Below are positions 12,559 through 25,315 of a stretch of 64,000 nt of DNA, one piece after another. The position numbers were made by a program, and so were the translations under genes. How positions within the stretch are numbered: the first letter of the stretch is position 1; the number at the start of each line of letters is the position of its first letter. The notes under the pieces are model-generated. The model did no database searches, was not told the DNA's origin, and worked only from the letters and a program-made list of their open reading frames with translations. Origin of the DNA: Vitrella brassicaformis CCMP3155 (taxonomy: Eukaryota > Protista > Chromerida); the NCBI GenBank assembly GCA_001179505.1, contig CDMY01000198.1, positions 62,001 through 126,000 of the forward strand. The letters run 5' to 3'.

Positions 12559-15500
12559 ATGAGCTTGAAGATGAGTCAACAGACCGCCTTGCTGTGCCCT
12601 GATGGGCGAACGATGCCCCTCGAGCTCGTGCACCATCGGGGGCTTGACGGTGTTTGTGCCGTTTTTCGTGGCCGGTGGCGGCCAGCCGGAGCGGAGCAGG
12701 GGGACGAGGGCCAGTTGGCAGCCTTCAAGCTGCTCAAGATGCCCTCGGCCGCTGCCCTGGAGAAGGAGTCCGTGGTCAAGACCCGCTACCAGAAGTCCCT
12801 GGCGGGGCTGAAGAGGGAGCATGCCAAGATGATGGAGGACGGTGGGAGGGGGCCGTTTCTGCCCTGCTTTGAGGGCCAACTGGATGTGGAGGCTCCTGCC
12901 CGCCTTAGAGACGGAGACGAGGAGAAGCTCTGCATCTTTGTGGCTTTCCCATGGCTGCCAGGCAAGTCGCACGGAAGGTCAAGCTTTTCATTTCATGCCT
13001 CTGTCCCGTCTGTCCGCTGCAATGCTTTTAATGCAGAGGACTTCGTTAAGGCATCCGTGTTCTTCACGAAGAACAACATCGCCCGGGCGGTCAAGGAGTT
13101 CGCAGAGGCTGCGGCCTCTCCGTTCGTGGAGCCAGTGTTCGCCGAGGCTGCGCTGTTACAGCTGACTCTCGCCGTCCGCACGGCAATCAGGGGCCTCATT
13201 CAACATCTGCAAGTGCACAAGACAGCCATGCAGCACAATGTCCTCGCTCAGGACAATCTAGTGGCGGATATCTTCATCAATACGGCCATCAGCAACCCTC
13301 ACAGTGGCCCCCTCTCTTCCCCCCTCAACACGCCAACCAGTGGTCGTATGATCGACCTAGCGGATGCACAGACGACAGAAGAAGGCTGGGTTCTTGTCCC
13401 GCACAAGCCAGAAGTCCGCCAGCACCCCTATGCCGTCAGCCCATTTGCACAGTCGCCTGAGATGGCGTTCATCGACAACCCAGAGCATGAAGCGGCAGGA
13501 GACGTCCGGCAGATCTTGCAAGATCGAGGACTACTCGGTGTGGCGGGTGGTGGTGGTGGTGGTGTATGGCTGGGAGAGTTTGTGCTGTCGTTTGCTGTCG
13601 GCCTGGCCATAGACATCGTGTTGAGGGGCGAGACACAGCGCTCATTCGCCGTCAGGGGAGATCCTGATTTGTCGAAAGCGGAGGGGGAGATGCCGAAAGA
13701 GGAGTTCTCAAGAGTGCTCCGTGAGAGGAGCCTTCAGCGAGCGCTGAAGTGGAAGGAGACCCTCTGCATCCTATACGATGCAGACACCGGCCTGCCATCT
13801 GTCCGCCACGGGCTTCACTACATGCTCATGCTGCAAGGGCACAAACAGCTGGGCTGGGTGTTGGAATGCGTAAGAGGGCTGAGTGACCTAGCACGAAGGG
13901 CACTCAGCGACGATCCCACAAAGCGGCCGTGTCTCAACGAGCTGGAGGCATCGCTGTCAAAAGTGGAACAGCAGCTGAACAGTAACGAGCATTGGGATCT
14001 CATCGACTCATTGGTGCAGGTATGCAGCAAGAAAATGGTCTGTAATTCATGTGATCTATCTTGTGCTATCCTTGTGTGTGCAGGAAATGGATGCACTGAA
14101 TGCTTCCAGTATGGCCAAGGCTCCCTCTGTACACGTCACCAACCCCAACGCCAACACACACACGCCTTCATCAGATTCGTCAATGGTTCGCCCATCGGCT
14201 GCCCCCATACCTGAGACCGCCCAGCCGTCGGCAGTGCAGAGTACCGCAGCCGCCGAATCGCCGCCAGAAGAGGGACAAGGCAATGGTGGTGCACCGCCGC
14301 CAACCGACTCGCCCAGACCGACATCCAGAGATGAGGGGGGAGAGATGGCAGGGTCGAGAGAGATGCCGGCTTCCCTACGTGAGGGCAGAGGTGCGAGGGA
14401 AGGGCAGTTTGTTGGTTACCAGCCGGCCACAATGGTTCCTCAGCCCTACATGCAGCATCCCGTTTCATCGACCTTTACCGCTACCCAGCAAAGTCACCTG
14501 CATGAACGACAGCACCAGCTGTTGCCATTAGTCCACCCCCCTCCCTCAACGGCGTATTCTCAACACGGAGGTAACCAAACAAAAGTGAGACAAGAGCGAA
14601 ATATTTGGAAACATCACTCCATTGTGTGCGAATGTGGGTGTGTGCAGGTGGTTGTGCAACATCTGCAATCGGTGGTGGTATTGCCCCGGTGCATCTACAG
14701 CAACGGATGAGTGAGATAGGCAGCCAAAGGCGGCAGGAGACAGCGTCATCGATGAGGAAGCAAGCGGCCAATCCAGCGGCCAATGAGAGCCCAGCCGAAC
14801 CACCGCCCTCTTCACCCTCATCTCACGTCGCGTCATGTGTGACAAAGCCGCTGCTGAACCCCTTCAATAGTCTCTCACCCGGCAGCGCCGTCTCAACCGA
14901 CATGCGAGCACCACGACTGATGGCAGGAAGGTTATGCGTACCAGGGGTGAGTCGGGGGGACCCAACCAACGTTGCCCAGTCTCATGGGCTGGTGCGGGTG
15001 CCGCCTCCTTTGTGCGGCATGCCGCTAGTCCCGCTGCAGTATGTCCCGCCGCAACATGTCCCGCCGCAACATGTCCCGCCGCAATATGGAGGTACGCAGA
15101 GGCGAGAGAAGGCAAAATGGCAGAATACAGAATACATGAGGATGTGTTGTGTGGATGTGGGTGTGAGCAGGCGGTCATGATAATCGCGTCGTATTCCAGC
15201 CATACTCTCTGCATTTTCGACCGCCCACGTGTCATCCGCAGCCCCACCTGTCATTTGCAGCTAGGGCCGATACGTACGGCTGCTCCTCAGGCCCCCAACA
15301 GCCGCCACAACCGCTCAAATTGCCCTATCCCCCGCCGCCGGCAATCGCTTTGTGTCCACCGGGCCGTTTGGGTGGTAGTGTGATGCCCCGTCGCGTGCCC
15401 ATGACGGCTGCCTCACCGCACAAACAACCCCCTCGGCCGAACGCTATTGCCCCATCGGTGACGGAGGAGGCCCCAAGCAAGAGTGAGGAGAGGGGAGGGA

Positions 15501-15628
15501 ACAAGGAGAGGACCTGGGCAGAGTTTTTCTTCGGGCGAGGGAAAGGGGACAATCGCAGTAAGGTGCACGCCAAGAGCGACAGGAGGAATGGCGGGCGGAG
15601 GAAAAGTGTTGCTGCTAGAGAGGGCTAG
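12559..15628 (+). CDS. Divergent protein-kinase-like protein (probable pseudokinase) with low-complexity C-terminal tail
   Basis: Subdomains in order: GLDGVCAVF (I), LAAFK (II), IRGLIQHL/HNVLAQDN (VI), MIDLA (VII), FAQSPE (VIII), EFVLSFAVG (IX), DDPTKRP (XI). The 3' exon structure beyond about 15150 is uncertain. Confidence 0.7.
15041..15084 (+). repeat. 15-bp coding tandem repeat x3 (ATGTCCCGCCGCAAC; (Y/H)VPPQ)
   Basis: Read directly from the sequence. Confidence 0.9.
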
Positions 15629-15719
15629 TGAGGGCATGGGAGAGAGTGTTGCGTGCACTGCGTCACGCGCTGCACGCGTGGTGGTGGTGTTCTGCTTAGG
15701 AGTTCTGCTTAGAATTCGT

Positions 15720-16132
15720 GTGGACGTGGTGTAGTGATCATGTGTGGTGTGTATGCATGTGACGATTGTCAGCTTTCAGACATCCGTGTCAATATAGACA
15801 CACACATGAAGTCAAATGCGGACAAAACACATGCAAAACAAACGAGACACAGACCACGTAGCGCCACACCAACACAGACAGACACACACCAACTAGGCAT
15901 ACAAATGCACATTCATTGGAATCGCTGCCTGCCACCCATAAACGGCTTTCAGAAAGAGTCTCAACTCGTACGCTATATTTGAATCTCCTCGCCTTTTCCT
16001 ATCCATCCCTGCCCTCCGTGCGTCCATGCATTTTCTGCACAACCATCATCGAAGCCGCCGCCACAATCAGCAGGGCACCACACAGACTCCATTGGTCGAG
16101 TGCACGACCCAGCACACACACCTGCACACGCA
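15720..16132. repeat. 413-bp direct repeat, copy 1 (duplicate of the EamA gene's last exon and 3' UTR)
   Basis: Matches 18966-19378 with one mismatch seen (atatttgaat vs atatttaaat). Confidence 0.95.
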
Positions 16133-16403
16133 CAGAGAAGGTGGAAACGTTTGGAGTGTCCGGGTCACTGAATCGGCAATGCGCCATGCCTTTGCACAAT
16201 GCAAATTGCAATGAATCATCCCCTTGTCATCGTCGACGATCGCAAGATGAGCCGGAAATGAAAAGATCCGGTGGAGGCAGCGAAGATTGAAAACCTTCGT
16301 GGGAGACGGCGAGACATTTAAAGAGAGACAGGCAGATGAAAAAGTACAGGATGATCAGACACTTTTTCACGCTGAGCCTCCAGCACACTGTGTGCTCCTC
16401 AGG

Positions 16404-17879
16404 ATGTTCTTGAGAGCTGCCTCGACAGTGAAAATGTGCGGTAAGATCGCCAACTGGAGAGCGGCGATGTGAAAAATGCGGTTTGAAACCGTTGCGTGTC
16501 AGGGGGGTACCTGCAGCTCGTCGAGCGAGGAGTCGACGGTATGGTGGCCGTCTTTCGTGGCCGGTGGCGGCCGAAGGGAGAGGAGGAGAACGGCGATGCA
16601 CGGCTGGCGGCCTTCAAGATCCTCAAGATACTGCCGCCTGATGCGCTAGAAGGCGACCCCGTCCTCAAGAGCCGCTACGAGAAGAGCCTGCTGGGGCTGA
16701 GGCGAGAGGACTCCATGATGACGGAGCATGGCGGGAAGGGGCCCTTCCTGAGGCGTTTTGAGGCTGAACTGGATGCAGAGGCACCTGCCTTCTTGGAGGA
16801 GGGAGACGCAGAGAAGGCGTGCATCTTTGTGGCGTTCCCCTGGCTGTCTGGTATGCCAACAATAAGACACTTACTTGGCATGCAAACCGCCTGTCTGTCC
16901 ATTGGTAACGATTCCTTTTGGTGCAGAAAACTACAGCAACGCGTCTACCTTCTTTGCCGAGCACAGCATCCCCCGCATCATCAAGGAGACTTGGATCCCA
17001 CTGGACCCAATGCTCGCCGAGGCTGGGCTGAGGGACCTTACCTACAGCATCCGCATGGCCATCAGGGGCCTGCTCCACCATTTGCGAGTGCACAAGACAG
17101 CCTTCCACGACTTCAACAGCCTCGCTCAGGACAATCTCGTCAAGGATATCTTTACCGACGAGCAGATCGCCAATCCAACTGCCGGCCCCCTCCCTCCCCC
17201 TTCCTTACCCTTCAGCGCAATGGCCGGCGGTCGGATGATCGACCTGGCCATGGACATTGTGCTGAGGGGCGAGACACAGCGGTCATTTACCGTCAGGGGG
17301 GATCCTGCTTTGTCCGCAGCGAAGGAGGAGATGCCAAAAGAAGACTTCTCAAGACTGCTGCGTAAGAGGAGCCTCGAGCGAGCCGTCAGGTGGCAAAAGG
17401 CCCTTTGCAGCCTCTACGACATAGACACCAGCCTGCCTGTGGTGCGCAAGGACTTCGAGTACATCAGCACCCTTGAAGGACACAAGCTGATGGGCTGGGT
17501 CTTGGAGTAGGTGAAGAAGCTGAGTGGGTTGGCGCTGCAGTGTTTGAGAGAGGACCCGATGGAGCGGCCACCTTTGGCTGATATCGAGACGGTGCTGGTA
17601 GAGATGCAGCGCCACCTCTCCAGCAGTTCGCACTGGGACTTCATCGAAGAGATCGCACAAGTATGCGGGGAGGTGTGGTCGATAATCGCACTATGCCAAT
17701 CTGTCTTTGGTGCGTGCAGAGTGTTGAGTTGTGTGAGGTGGAGCCACCTGAGGACGAGGTGAGACAGACGAGAGACGACAAAGTTGAGATACTCACAGCT
17801 GATCCCTTTGTCAGGTGGCTGGTGTCGCAACGGCTCAAGCCAACCCAACAGCTCATCCGCCGCGACACTTTGGTCCATT

Positions 17880-17916
<37 letters not shown>

Positions 17917-18423
17917 NNNNNNNNNNNNNNNNNNNNNNNNNNNNNNNNNNNNNNNNNNNNNNNNNNNNNNNNNNNNNNNNNNNNNNNNNNNNNNNNNNNN
18001 NNNNNNNNNNNNNNNNNNNNNNNNNNNNNNNNNNNNNNNNNNNNNNNNNNNNNNNNNNNNNNNNNNNNNNNNNNNNNNNNNNNNNNNNNNNNNNNNNNNN
18101 NNNNNNNNNNNNNNNNNNNNNNNNNNNNNNNNNNNNNNNNNNNNNNNNNNNNNNNNNNNNNNNNNNNNNNNNNNNNNNNNNNNNNNNNNNNNNNNNNNNN
18201 NNNNNNNNNNNNNNNNTTCCCCCCCCCCCCCCCCCCTCCAACGATTCCGGAGCCCCACATGCAGCCTCACGTTTCGTCCCCCTCAGCTGGAGGCCTCGAA
18301 GCACACAGAGGTGGCGATGAACTATCGCTGTGTACATTTTATATTTGTCTGGAGCGTTTCAACCCAAACTCATGTGCAGCACCCAACATCCATCTCGGCG
18401 TTCATCTGGTAATGGCCCGTTGA
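16404..18423 (+). pseudogene. Paralog of the 12559 pseudokinase, degraded (spans a gap)
   Basis: Collinear homology (VAVFRGRWRP, LAAFK, CIFVAFPWL, LAQDNLV, DIVLRGETQRSF) and same intron position (16851-16926). Has a 246-nt in-frame deletion and a premature TAG at 17508-17510 where the paralog has TGC. Confidence 0.8.
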
Positions 18424-18965
18424 CAAGAAGACATGCGCAGACTGTCGTGCATTCGATTTGTACGTTCAGGTGTAGGATCCCTGTGTGTCACCATTGTATC
18501 GACCCGGGGTGGTCGACCCTGAACAAGAAGGGAACCAAGCCGACGTGAGAAAACACGAAGGCTTTCGGCCAAGGTGGGCATCACACGAGCGCTGCGAAGA
18601 ATGATGATGAATGCGCTGCGTGCGTGCGTTTCTCGTTTGTTGGCTGCAGGGAGAAAGAGGTGTGTGCTGACACTCATCCATTGAGCTCGGTGTCTCTGTT
18701 TCGTGCAATGGCTTGCTCTTGTTTGTCCGCATGCCATGCTGGCTGTGTGCGGCTGGAAGGCAGAAGGGTGTTCGCAGCCGTCTGTTAGATAAGACGGCCA
18801 GCCAGAGGGCGCGCGAGGCGGAGATCACAGCTTATCAAGCGGAAACCCGCAGAAAATGCTCGTACCGGCACTGCCGGATCCACTGACCAAGGTGGGTGGG
18901 TTCAAGCGTGGGTTTGGTCTCTGTTGCCATCTCCGTGGCGAAATCCGTGTGTCGGCCACTGACTC

Positions 18966-19378
18966 GTGGACGTGGTGTAGTGATCATGTGTGGTGTGTAT
19001 GCATGTGACGATTGTCAGCTTTCAGACATCCGTGTCAATATAGACACACACATGAAGTCAAATGCGGACAAAACACATGCAAAACAAACGAGACACAGAC
19101 CACGTAGCGCCACACCAACACAGACAGACACACACCAACTAGGCATACAAATGCACATTCATTGGAATCGCTGCCTGCCACCCATAAACGGCTTTCAGAA
19201 AGAGTCTCAACTCGTACGCTATATTTAAATCTCCTCGCCTTTTCCTATCCATCCCTGCCCTCCGTGCGTCCATGCATTTTCTGCACAACCATCATCGAAG
19301 CCGCCGCCACAATCAGCAGGGCACCACACAGACTCCATTGGTCGAGTGCACGACCCAGCACACACACCTGCACACGCA
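18966..19378. repeat. 413-bp direct repeat, copy 2 (native EamA 3' end)
   Basis: Matches 15720-16132. Confidence 0.95.
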
Positions 19379-20892
19379 TACACACACAGACATGGAGAGG
19401 ACAGACAGTGGACACACTCCATGGCATATCTTACTTGGATGACGTAGGCGAAGGCCACATCCAGATTGATCACAAACGCTGAATGAAACCCACACGACAA
19501 TGCCATCCACGACACGACAGACACACACACACAGACACACACACACACAACTGCCCGCACACACACCGCCTCCCCTCACCCCACATACCTCCCGGCCCGG
19601 CCTGTCCGATTTGCAGCCCGCGATTGAGACACCAGTGTGAGGCGAAGCCCACCACACCAACAGCAGCCAGCCACCCGAACAACCCAATACCGCCACTACT
19701 GCTGACATGGCCGTGGTCGTGGGGGGCCAGTGTGGCGATGAGCACGAGGCTGATGAGGATTATTGACGTGTTGATGAACAGGACGTGCACCACCGGCCGC
19801 ACTCGGGGGCCGATGCAACGCACCAACGTGAAGGCAATCCCACCTGCAGATGCATGTGACACACACCGACTGAATGCCGTGGTATTCCATCAAGTGCAGG
19901 TCCCCACCCACCTTCAAGCGCGCCAGCGAGCGCCAACAGGACAGCAACCACACGAGAAGCGACCACAGGGGTCGCCGAGCCGGCGATGCTGCCATGTGGC
20001 TGGATGCCGTCGTGGCGGAACAGGACCTCTGGCTGAGCGATGCATACGACGCCGGCAAGAGAGCACAGGGCCGCCAAAGTGCACATGGCCGTCCACGGCT
20101 CACCCAGCACAAAGGTGGCAAGCTGATATGACCGACATACCGCAGAGCAGGCAGGTATGTATCGTCTCTCGCTTCATGTCAGATGCTGACCACGGCGGTG
20201 AATATGGGGGTTGTGAAGAAGGCAGCCGACGCGTCCCCGAGGGGCAGCTGCGATATGCAGAAGAAAAAGAGGCCGACGCCCACAGACCCGCACACAGCCC
20301 TGACCAACCAAAGAGAGCGGTGGGCGTCGAGAGAAAGGAAGTAGGCTCCCTCCCCTCCCCTCTCCCCTCGCCCCTCGCCCCTTCCAACAGCTCACCTGGC
20401 AACAAGTAGGTGCCTGACATCGGCAGGACCAAATGGCGATATCCACCGCCTCTCCACCACCATTTGCATCACCAGACACACACTGCCAACCAGCAGCTCC
20501 GTCACTCCCCTCGCGAGCAGCACATAGAACACGCTTGTCTTGCCGGCAGTCACCTTGACCAGCGTAGACGAGATCGAAATCAGCACGGCCGACGCGGCAC
20601 ACAGAAGGAGGCCGGCGGCCCTGCTCCAGCGGCCCTCGCGTTTTGGTGGAGCATCTGATAAATGGATGAAGAAGGACGACAGCTCAGCGGGGAGGGGTGC
20701 GAACTCCGGCAGGCTGCGCGATGAAACACCGGTCGGGAGCCTCGAGCAGGCGGGGTCTTGGGCGCTGGTGATGATTCGGTAGCCTGCCGCGCTCCCGCTG
20801 TGTCCATCATTTTGTTCAGCAGGAATGGCGGGGTGAAACGATGTCTTCCTTCCACAGACAGGAGTGTGCACATCGTCATGGAGCAGCAGCAT
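19245..20892 (-). CDS. EamA/DMT (SLC35G-like) membrane transporter
   Basis: Multi-exon with many hydrophobic helices: AAGLLLCAASAVLISISSTLVKV, VLLARGVTELL, LGEPWTAMCTLAALCSLAGVVCIAQP, WSLCGALLIVAAASMM. Confidence 0.8.
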
Positions 20893-20975
20893 CTTGCACT
20901 CGCCGAGAGATCTGCGAACTGAGATTCGAGCTTGAAGGGAGATCTCGCGCCGGAAAAAGTGGTGGTGGTTAATGC

Positions 20976-22136
20976 ATGGAGGTTGTGCAGTCGCTGTACG
21001 TTGTGACGGGCGCGAATGGCTTCATCGGCTCCCACATGGTGGACTATCTTTTGGCGGAGGGCCACAGAGTGAGGGCCCTGACGCACAAGAACAGGGAGAG
21101 GCTGCAGCATCTCATCGACGCGCCACACGACTCATTTGAGTGCTTGCAGGTGCGTGTGTGTCGAGAGAGAAAGAAAGAGATGGACAGATGTACTCATTCA
21201 TCTGGTTCTACCGCAGGGTGATCTGAGTGACTATGCCTTTGTGCGTGAGGCAGTCGAGGGGGCAGATGGCGTCTTTCACTTCGCAGCACTCAGCAGGGCG
21301 ACCTCTCCGCTTCCTGAATGCACAGATGCGAACGTCGTCGGCACTCAGAATGTCCTCAGAGCCCTTGCAGACGTCACCAGTGCATCACCCGCATCGGCAG
21401 ACGGCAACAGTGCATCACCCGCATCGGCAGACGGCAAGAACGGCACCCTTCGACGCCCAAAAATGGTGTTTGCGTCGTCTGCTCTCATCTATGGCAATGC
21501 CGCAGCGCCGCAGAGCGAAGATGCACCTCACGATTTAAGGACGCCTTATGCGTTGACCAAGTTTGTGGCTGAGAAGTACTGTGAGTACTTCAGCGAGCAT
21601 CAGGGCGTGCCGACGGTGCGGCTGCGGATCTTCTTGGTGTATGGCGAGAGGGAGAGCGGCACGCTGGTCGCCATATTCAGGCGACTCAAGAGAGAGGGGT
21701 AAGAAAGGGGAGAAGAGGAGGGAACGAACGCATCTCAAACCATCCGTTGGGGGTGTCTGTCTGTCTGTACTGCAGGAAGCCTGTGACGATTTTTGGTGAT
21801 GGTTCGACAACTCGCGACTTCGTCCATGTGTCCGATGTGTGTGAGGCCGCCTATCGCAGCATGATGCTCATGTGCGAAGGGTCGCTGCCATCCAGTTCCT
21901 CCCTCGCTCTCAACGTGGGCACAGGAGTCGAGACGAGTATCAAGCAGGTGGCCGACATCATCTCGCCCGACGCACAGACACATCAGCCTCCGCGACCCAA
22001 CGACTGTGAGAGGATGTGTGCTGACGTAAGCAGGATGGAGAGGGTGCTCAAGTGGAGGCCGCAGACAGACTTTGTGGCGTGGCTGAGGGAGACTGTCATG
22101 AGAGACCAGGAGAAAGAGGCAGGGGATCAGACGTGA
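20976..22136 (+). CDS. NAD-dependent nucleotide-sugar epimerase/dehydratase (extended SDR, GalE/WcaG-like)
   Basis: VTGANGFIGSH (Rossmann fold), FHFAA, FASSALIYG, catalytic YALTK, FLVYG, GDGSTTRDFVHVSD, NVGTG. Two GT-AG introns. Confidence 0.92.
21378..21437 (+). repeat. 30-bp coding tandem duplication (SASPASADG(N/K) x2) in the epimerase
   Basis: CAGTGCATCACCCGCATCGGCAGACGGCAA occurs twice in tandem. Confidence 0.9.
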
Positions 22137-22590
22137 TTCCTGAGGGCTTATGGATGTCGGGGTTAATTGTATAAGTGTCGCTTGTCTCGGTGCGTGTGGC
22201 GTGACACTGTTGGTTCGGCCGGCCGTGCAAATGCAAATGCAGCAGCGTAGCCAACAGAAGAAGAAGAACCATGCGAACCAAGAAAATGTCCTTCCGTCAG
22301 TCCATTCATCCATCAACAGCGATGTACACGTTTGTTTGACAAGAGTCAGTCGCACTGTTAACGCATACATAAATTACTCACACGTGTGTTTAGGGAATGT
22401 GTAGTATATATGTGTAGCCATCCCATCGACAGACAGACACGAATGAATGCACATCATGTCATGTCATGTAATGTCGTGTGTGTGTGTACCTGTACGCACC
22501 GATCGATCAATCAACTATAGACAAATACACCTACGCATCGCTCACTGCTCTCACACATAATATATAGACGCTATGTACAAGATGCCCAAC

Positions 22591-22627
<37 letters not shown>

Positions 22628-22970
22628 NNNNNNNNNNNNNNNNNNNNNNNNNNNNNNNNNNNNNNNNNNNNNNNNNNNNNNNNNNNNNNNNNNNNNNNNN
22701 NNNNNNNNNNNNNNNNNNNNNNNNNNNNNNNNNNNNNNNNNNNNNNNNNNNNNNNNNNNNNNNNNNNNNNNNNNNNNNNNNNNNNNNNNNNNNNNNNNNN
22801 NNNNNNNNNNNNNNNNNNNNNNNNNNNNNNNNNNNNNNNNNNNNNNNNNNNNNNNNNNNNNNNNNNNNNNNNNNNNNNNNNNNNNNNNNNNNNNNNNNNN
22901 NNNNNNNNNNNNNNNNNNNNNNNNNNNCCCCCTCCCCCCCGCCCCCCCCCCCCTCGCTCTGCTCTGCCCC

Positions 22971-25315
22971 CTAGAAAAAGCGCCCCGGTCTCCCGACCGA
23001 TGTGACGGTGACAGCGGCATCGTCAGAGCCCTCTTGGTACGTGGCCATGAGTGCCGCTGGCGGGACGCTCACCTCTCGGTCGGGAAACAGCTTAAAGGTA
23101 AACATTCTGTCCTGTTCAACACACACGCACAGCAGTCACCATCACCTGTTGGTCTGTATGTCTCTCTGTGTGGCTGCACGTGTCTCACTCACCAGCCTGC
23201 CTCGTCTCCTCCCTCCGCCAATGATGGCCAGGCCGTTGCCAGGCGCCCGTTGCCGCACGGTCGCAAACTGCTCCGACGCAGCCCCCGGTTGACACGACTG
23301 CCCGTCGCCCGTCCAGCCATACAGACAGCGGCAGACAAAGCTTCGCACCGAAACCAGGGATTGCTGCTGCCACCCTGTGACCTTGGACAGCTCCGCCGCT
23401 ATCGGGCGCCGTGCTGGGGCGGTGTTGACGGGGTAGGCACGGTTGTGGTCGACCTCAAGAAGGCATCGCGCGTTGGGGTCGCAGATCTGCGATCCGCATG
23501 GCTGGCCGGCAGCAGCAGCAGCTGGGGCGCTGAAGGGAGGCGGGGACCGGATCCCCAAAAGACCTGAGTGGGGACTGGGGGGGAGCTGGTGCACCACATT
23601 GGGAGGGGTCTGAGGGGTCTGAGGGGCATTGCTGCCGCCGCCTTGTTGTTGTGACTGTGACGACGTCGCGTTGATTTTGGCGTCGTTGACAATCTTGGTT
23701 CTCTTCTCGTCGGCTGGCGAGGGGTCCTCGACGGCCTGCTTGTCACCCCCTCCCACCATCATTTCGGCGTCATCGTCCTCGGCTCCATCATCGCTCGTCT
23801 CATCCGCGTCTTGGGCGGTGTCGACGGCACCAATCAGCGATTGAGACGCCTTCTTGTTGACGACTTGGTCGGCGCTGTCCCTCAAGTCGTCAACCGATAT
23901 CTTGTGCTCCCCATCCCCGGCGCCGCCGAGAGAAATGATGGATGAAGACGGCTTGCCGTCGTCAGCAGCAGATGGCTCCAAAAAGGAGTCTGATTTCTCC
24001 TTGGTTCCCTCATCTGTGCCCTGGCTCTGTGTGCTGTCTGTGTCGTCATCGATCTGCTCTTCGGTGGCGAGCAGAGCGCTGAGGAGGTCGACTGGCGGGG
24101 ATGAGTCGGAGATGCGGCTGATGATGCCGTTGATCTCGTTCTTCTTTTTCTCGGCAGCCTTGGTATCCGTGTGCGGGCCCGCGGCCTTTGCCTGCGACCC
24201 GTGGCTGTCAATGCCTCCCTGCAGAATCGCCAAGGCCTCCGCAAGCGCATCCATGTCCACATCGAGGGCATCTCCCAGCGAAGGACCGCCGTCGTCGGCT
24301 ATCTCATCCTTCTTCTCCTGCTTGTCGTCTCGCTTCTTGCTGCTGGCGTCTTTGTCCTCCTGCTTGTCGTCTCGCTTCTTGCTGCTGGCGTCTTTGTCGT
24401 CATTGTCGTCTCGCTTCTTGCTGCTGGCGTCTTTGTCCGTGCCGGAGTCGTCCGCGCAGTTTGGGCCTTTAATGACAAAGGGGATCATGGCCGTCATCGG
24501 CTGTTCCTTCTCGCCGCTGTCAGACGTGTTGGCCACACCGGACACAGTGAGGAGGGAGTTGACGTTCGACACAGACACGGGACCTGACAACCAAAGATGC
24601 ACAGACAGACAGACAGACAGACAGCAAACAAGTGTGAATGTGTGGTCTGCATGATCGACATGAATCCCTCAATCCATCTCTCTGACTGACCTTCGACGGT
24701 GATTGCGAAGACGGCCTCCTTCAAGCTCTCGCCGTCATTGTCAGGCACGAGCAGCTCGATGCCCCCCACGTCCTCGGTCTCGCTGTCGACTTCCCAGTCC
24801 AGCCCCCCGTCCAGCCCCTTGACAGGCGGGGTGGACTCAAAATGCACACTCTTGATGTGCTCGCTTGAGCACCCGCACACGCCCAGCGTCACGCTGTTGA
24901 AGGGCAGGCCTTCCGCCGACCTGAAGCGGTACCTGAAGGTGGAGGTGTCCTTCTTCATGTCGTAGGCCACATCCACATCGGGATAGTCCCCCAGCAGCGG
25001 ATCAAACACGCCCATCACGTACTCGCTGTCCTCCTTCTCCGTCAGAAGGGAGAACGGCGCGTTGCAGGCACACTTGTTCCGGGCGTAAGGGCCAAACCCG
25101 CAGAACCTGCAGCATTCCTCCCCCCTGGCCTGGCAGCCGAGCCCGTCGGTCTTGCCGAACTTGCAGCTGGGGTCGTACATGATCGGCTCTTCCGTCGTCG
25201 ACTTGAGTAGGCAGCTCTCGGGACTGCATAAGGACTGCAGCTGCGCATGGGCGGCCGGGAGGAAAAACGGGACAGTCAGCAGAAAAACCACGATGGGATC
25301 AACAACCATCGGCAT
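22971..25315 (-). CDS. Secreted protein with Cys-rich N-terminal module, acidic linker and EGF-like domain
   Basis: Signal peptide (PIVVFLLTVPFFLPAAHA), DPSCKFGKTDGLGCQARGEECCRFCGFGPY, EGF-like CDPNARC...CRCLYGWTGDGQSC. Introns 24690-24584 and about 23190-23112; stop TAG at 22973-22971. Confidence 0.75.
24322..24437 (-). repeat. Three near-tandem 35-bp coding repeats (DKDASSKKRDD)
   Basis: Units start at 24322, 24364 and 24403. Confidence 0.9.

Noticed and set aside
17881-22950. Long poly-C/poly-G tracts beside N gaps and the poly-Gly/poly-Pro/X ORFs crossing them
   Set aside because: Assembly breaks at homopolymers. The gaps are uniform placeholders, so these ORFs are artefacts.
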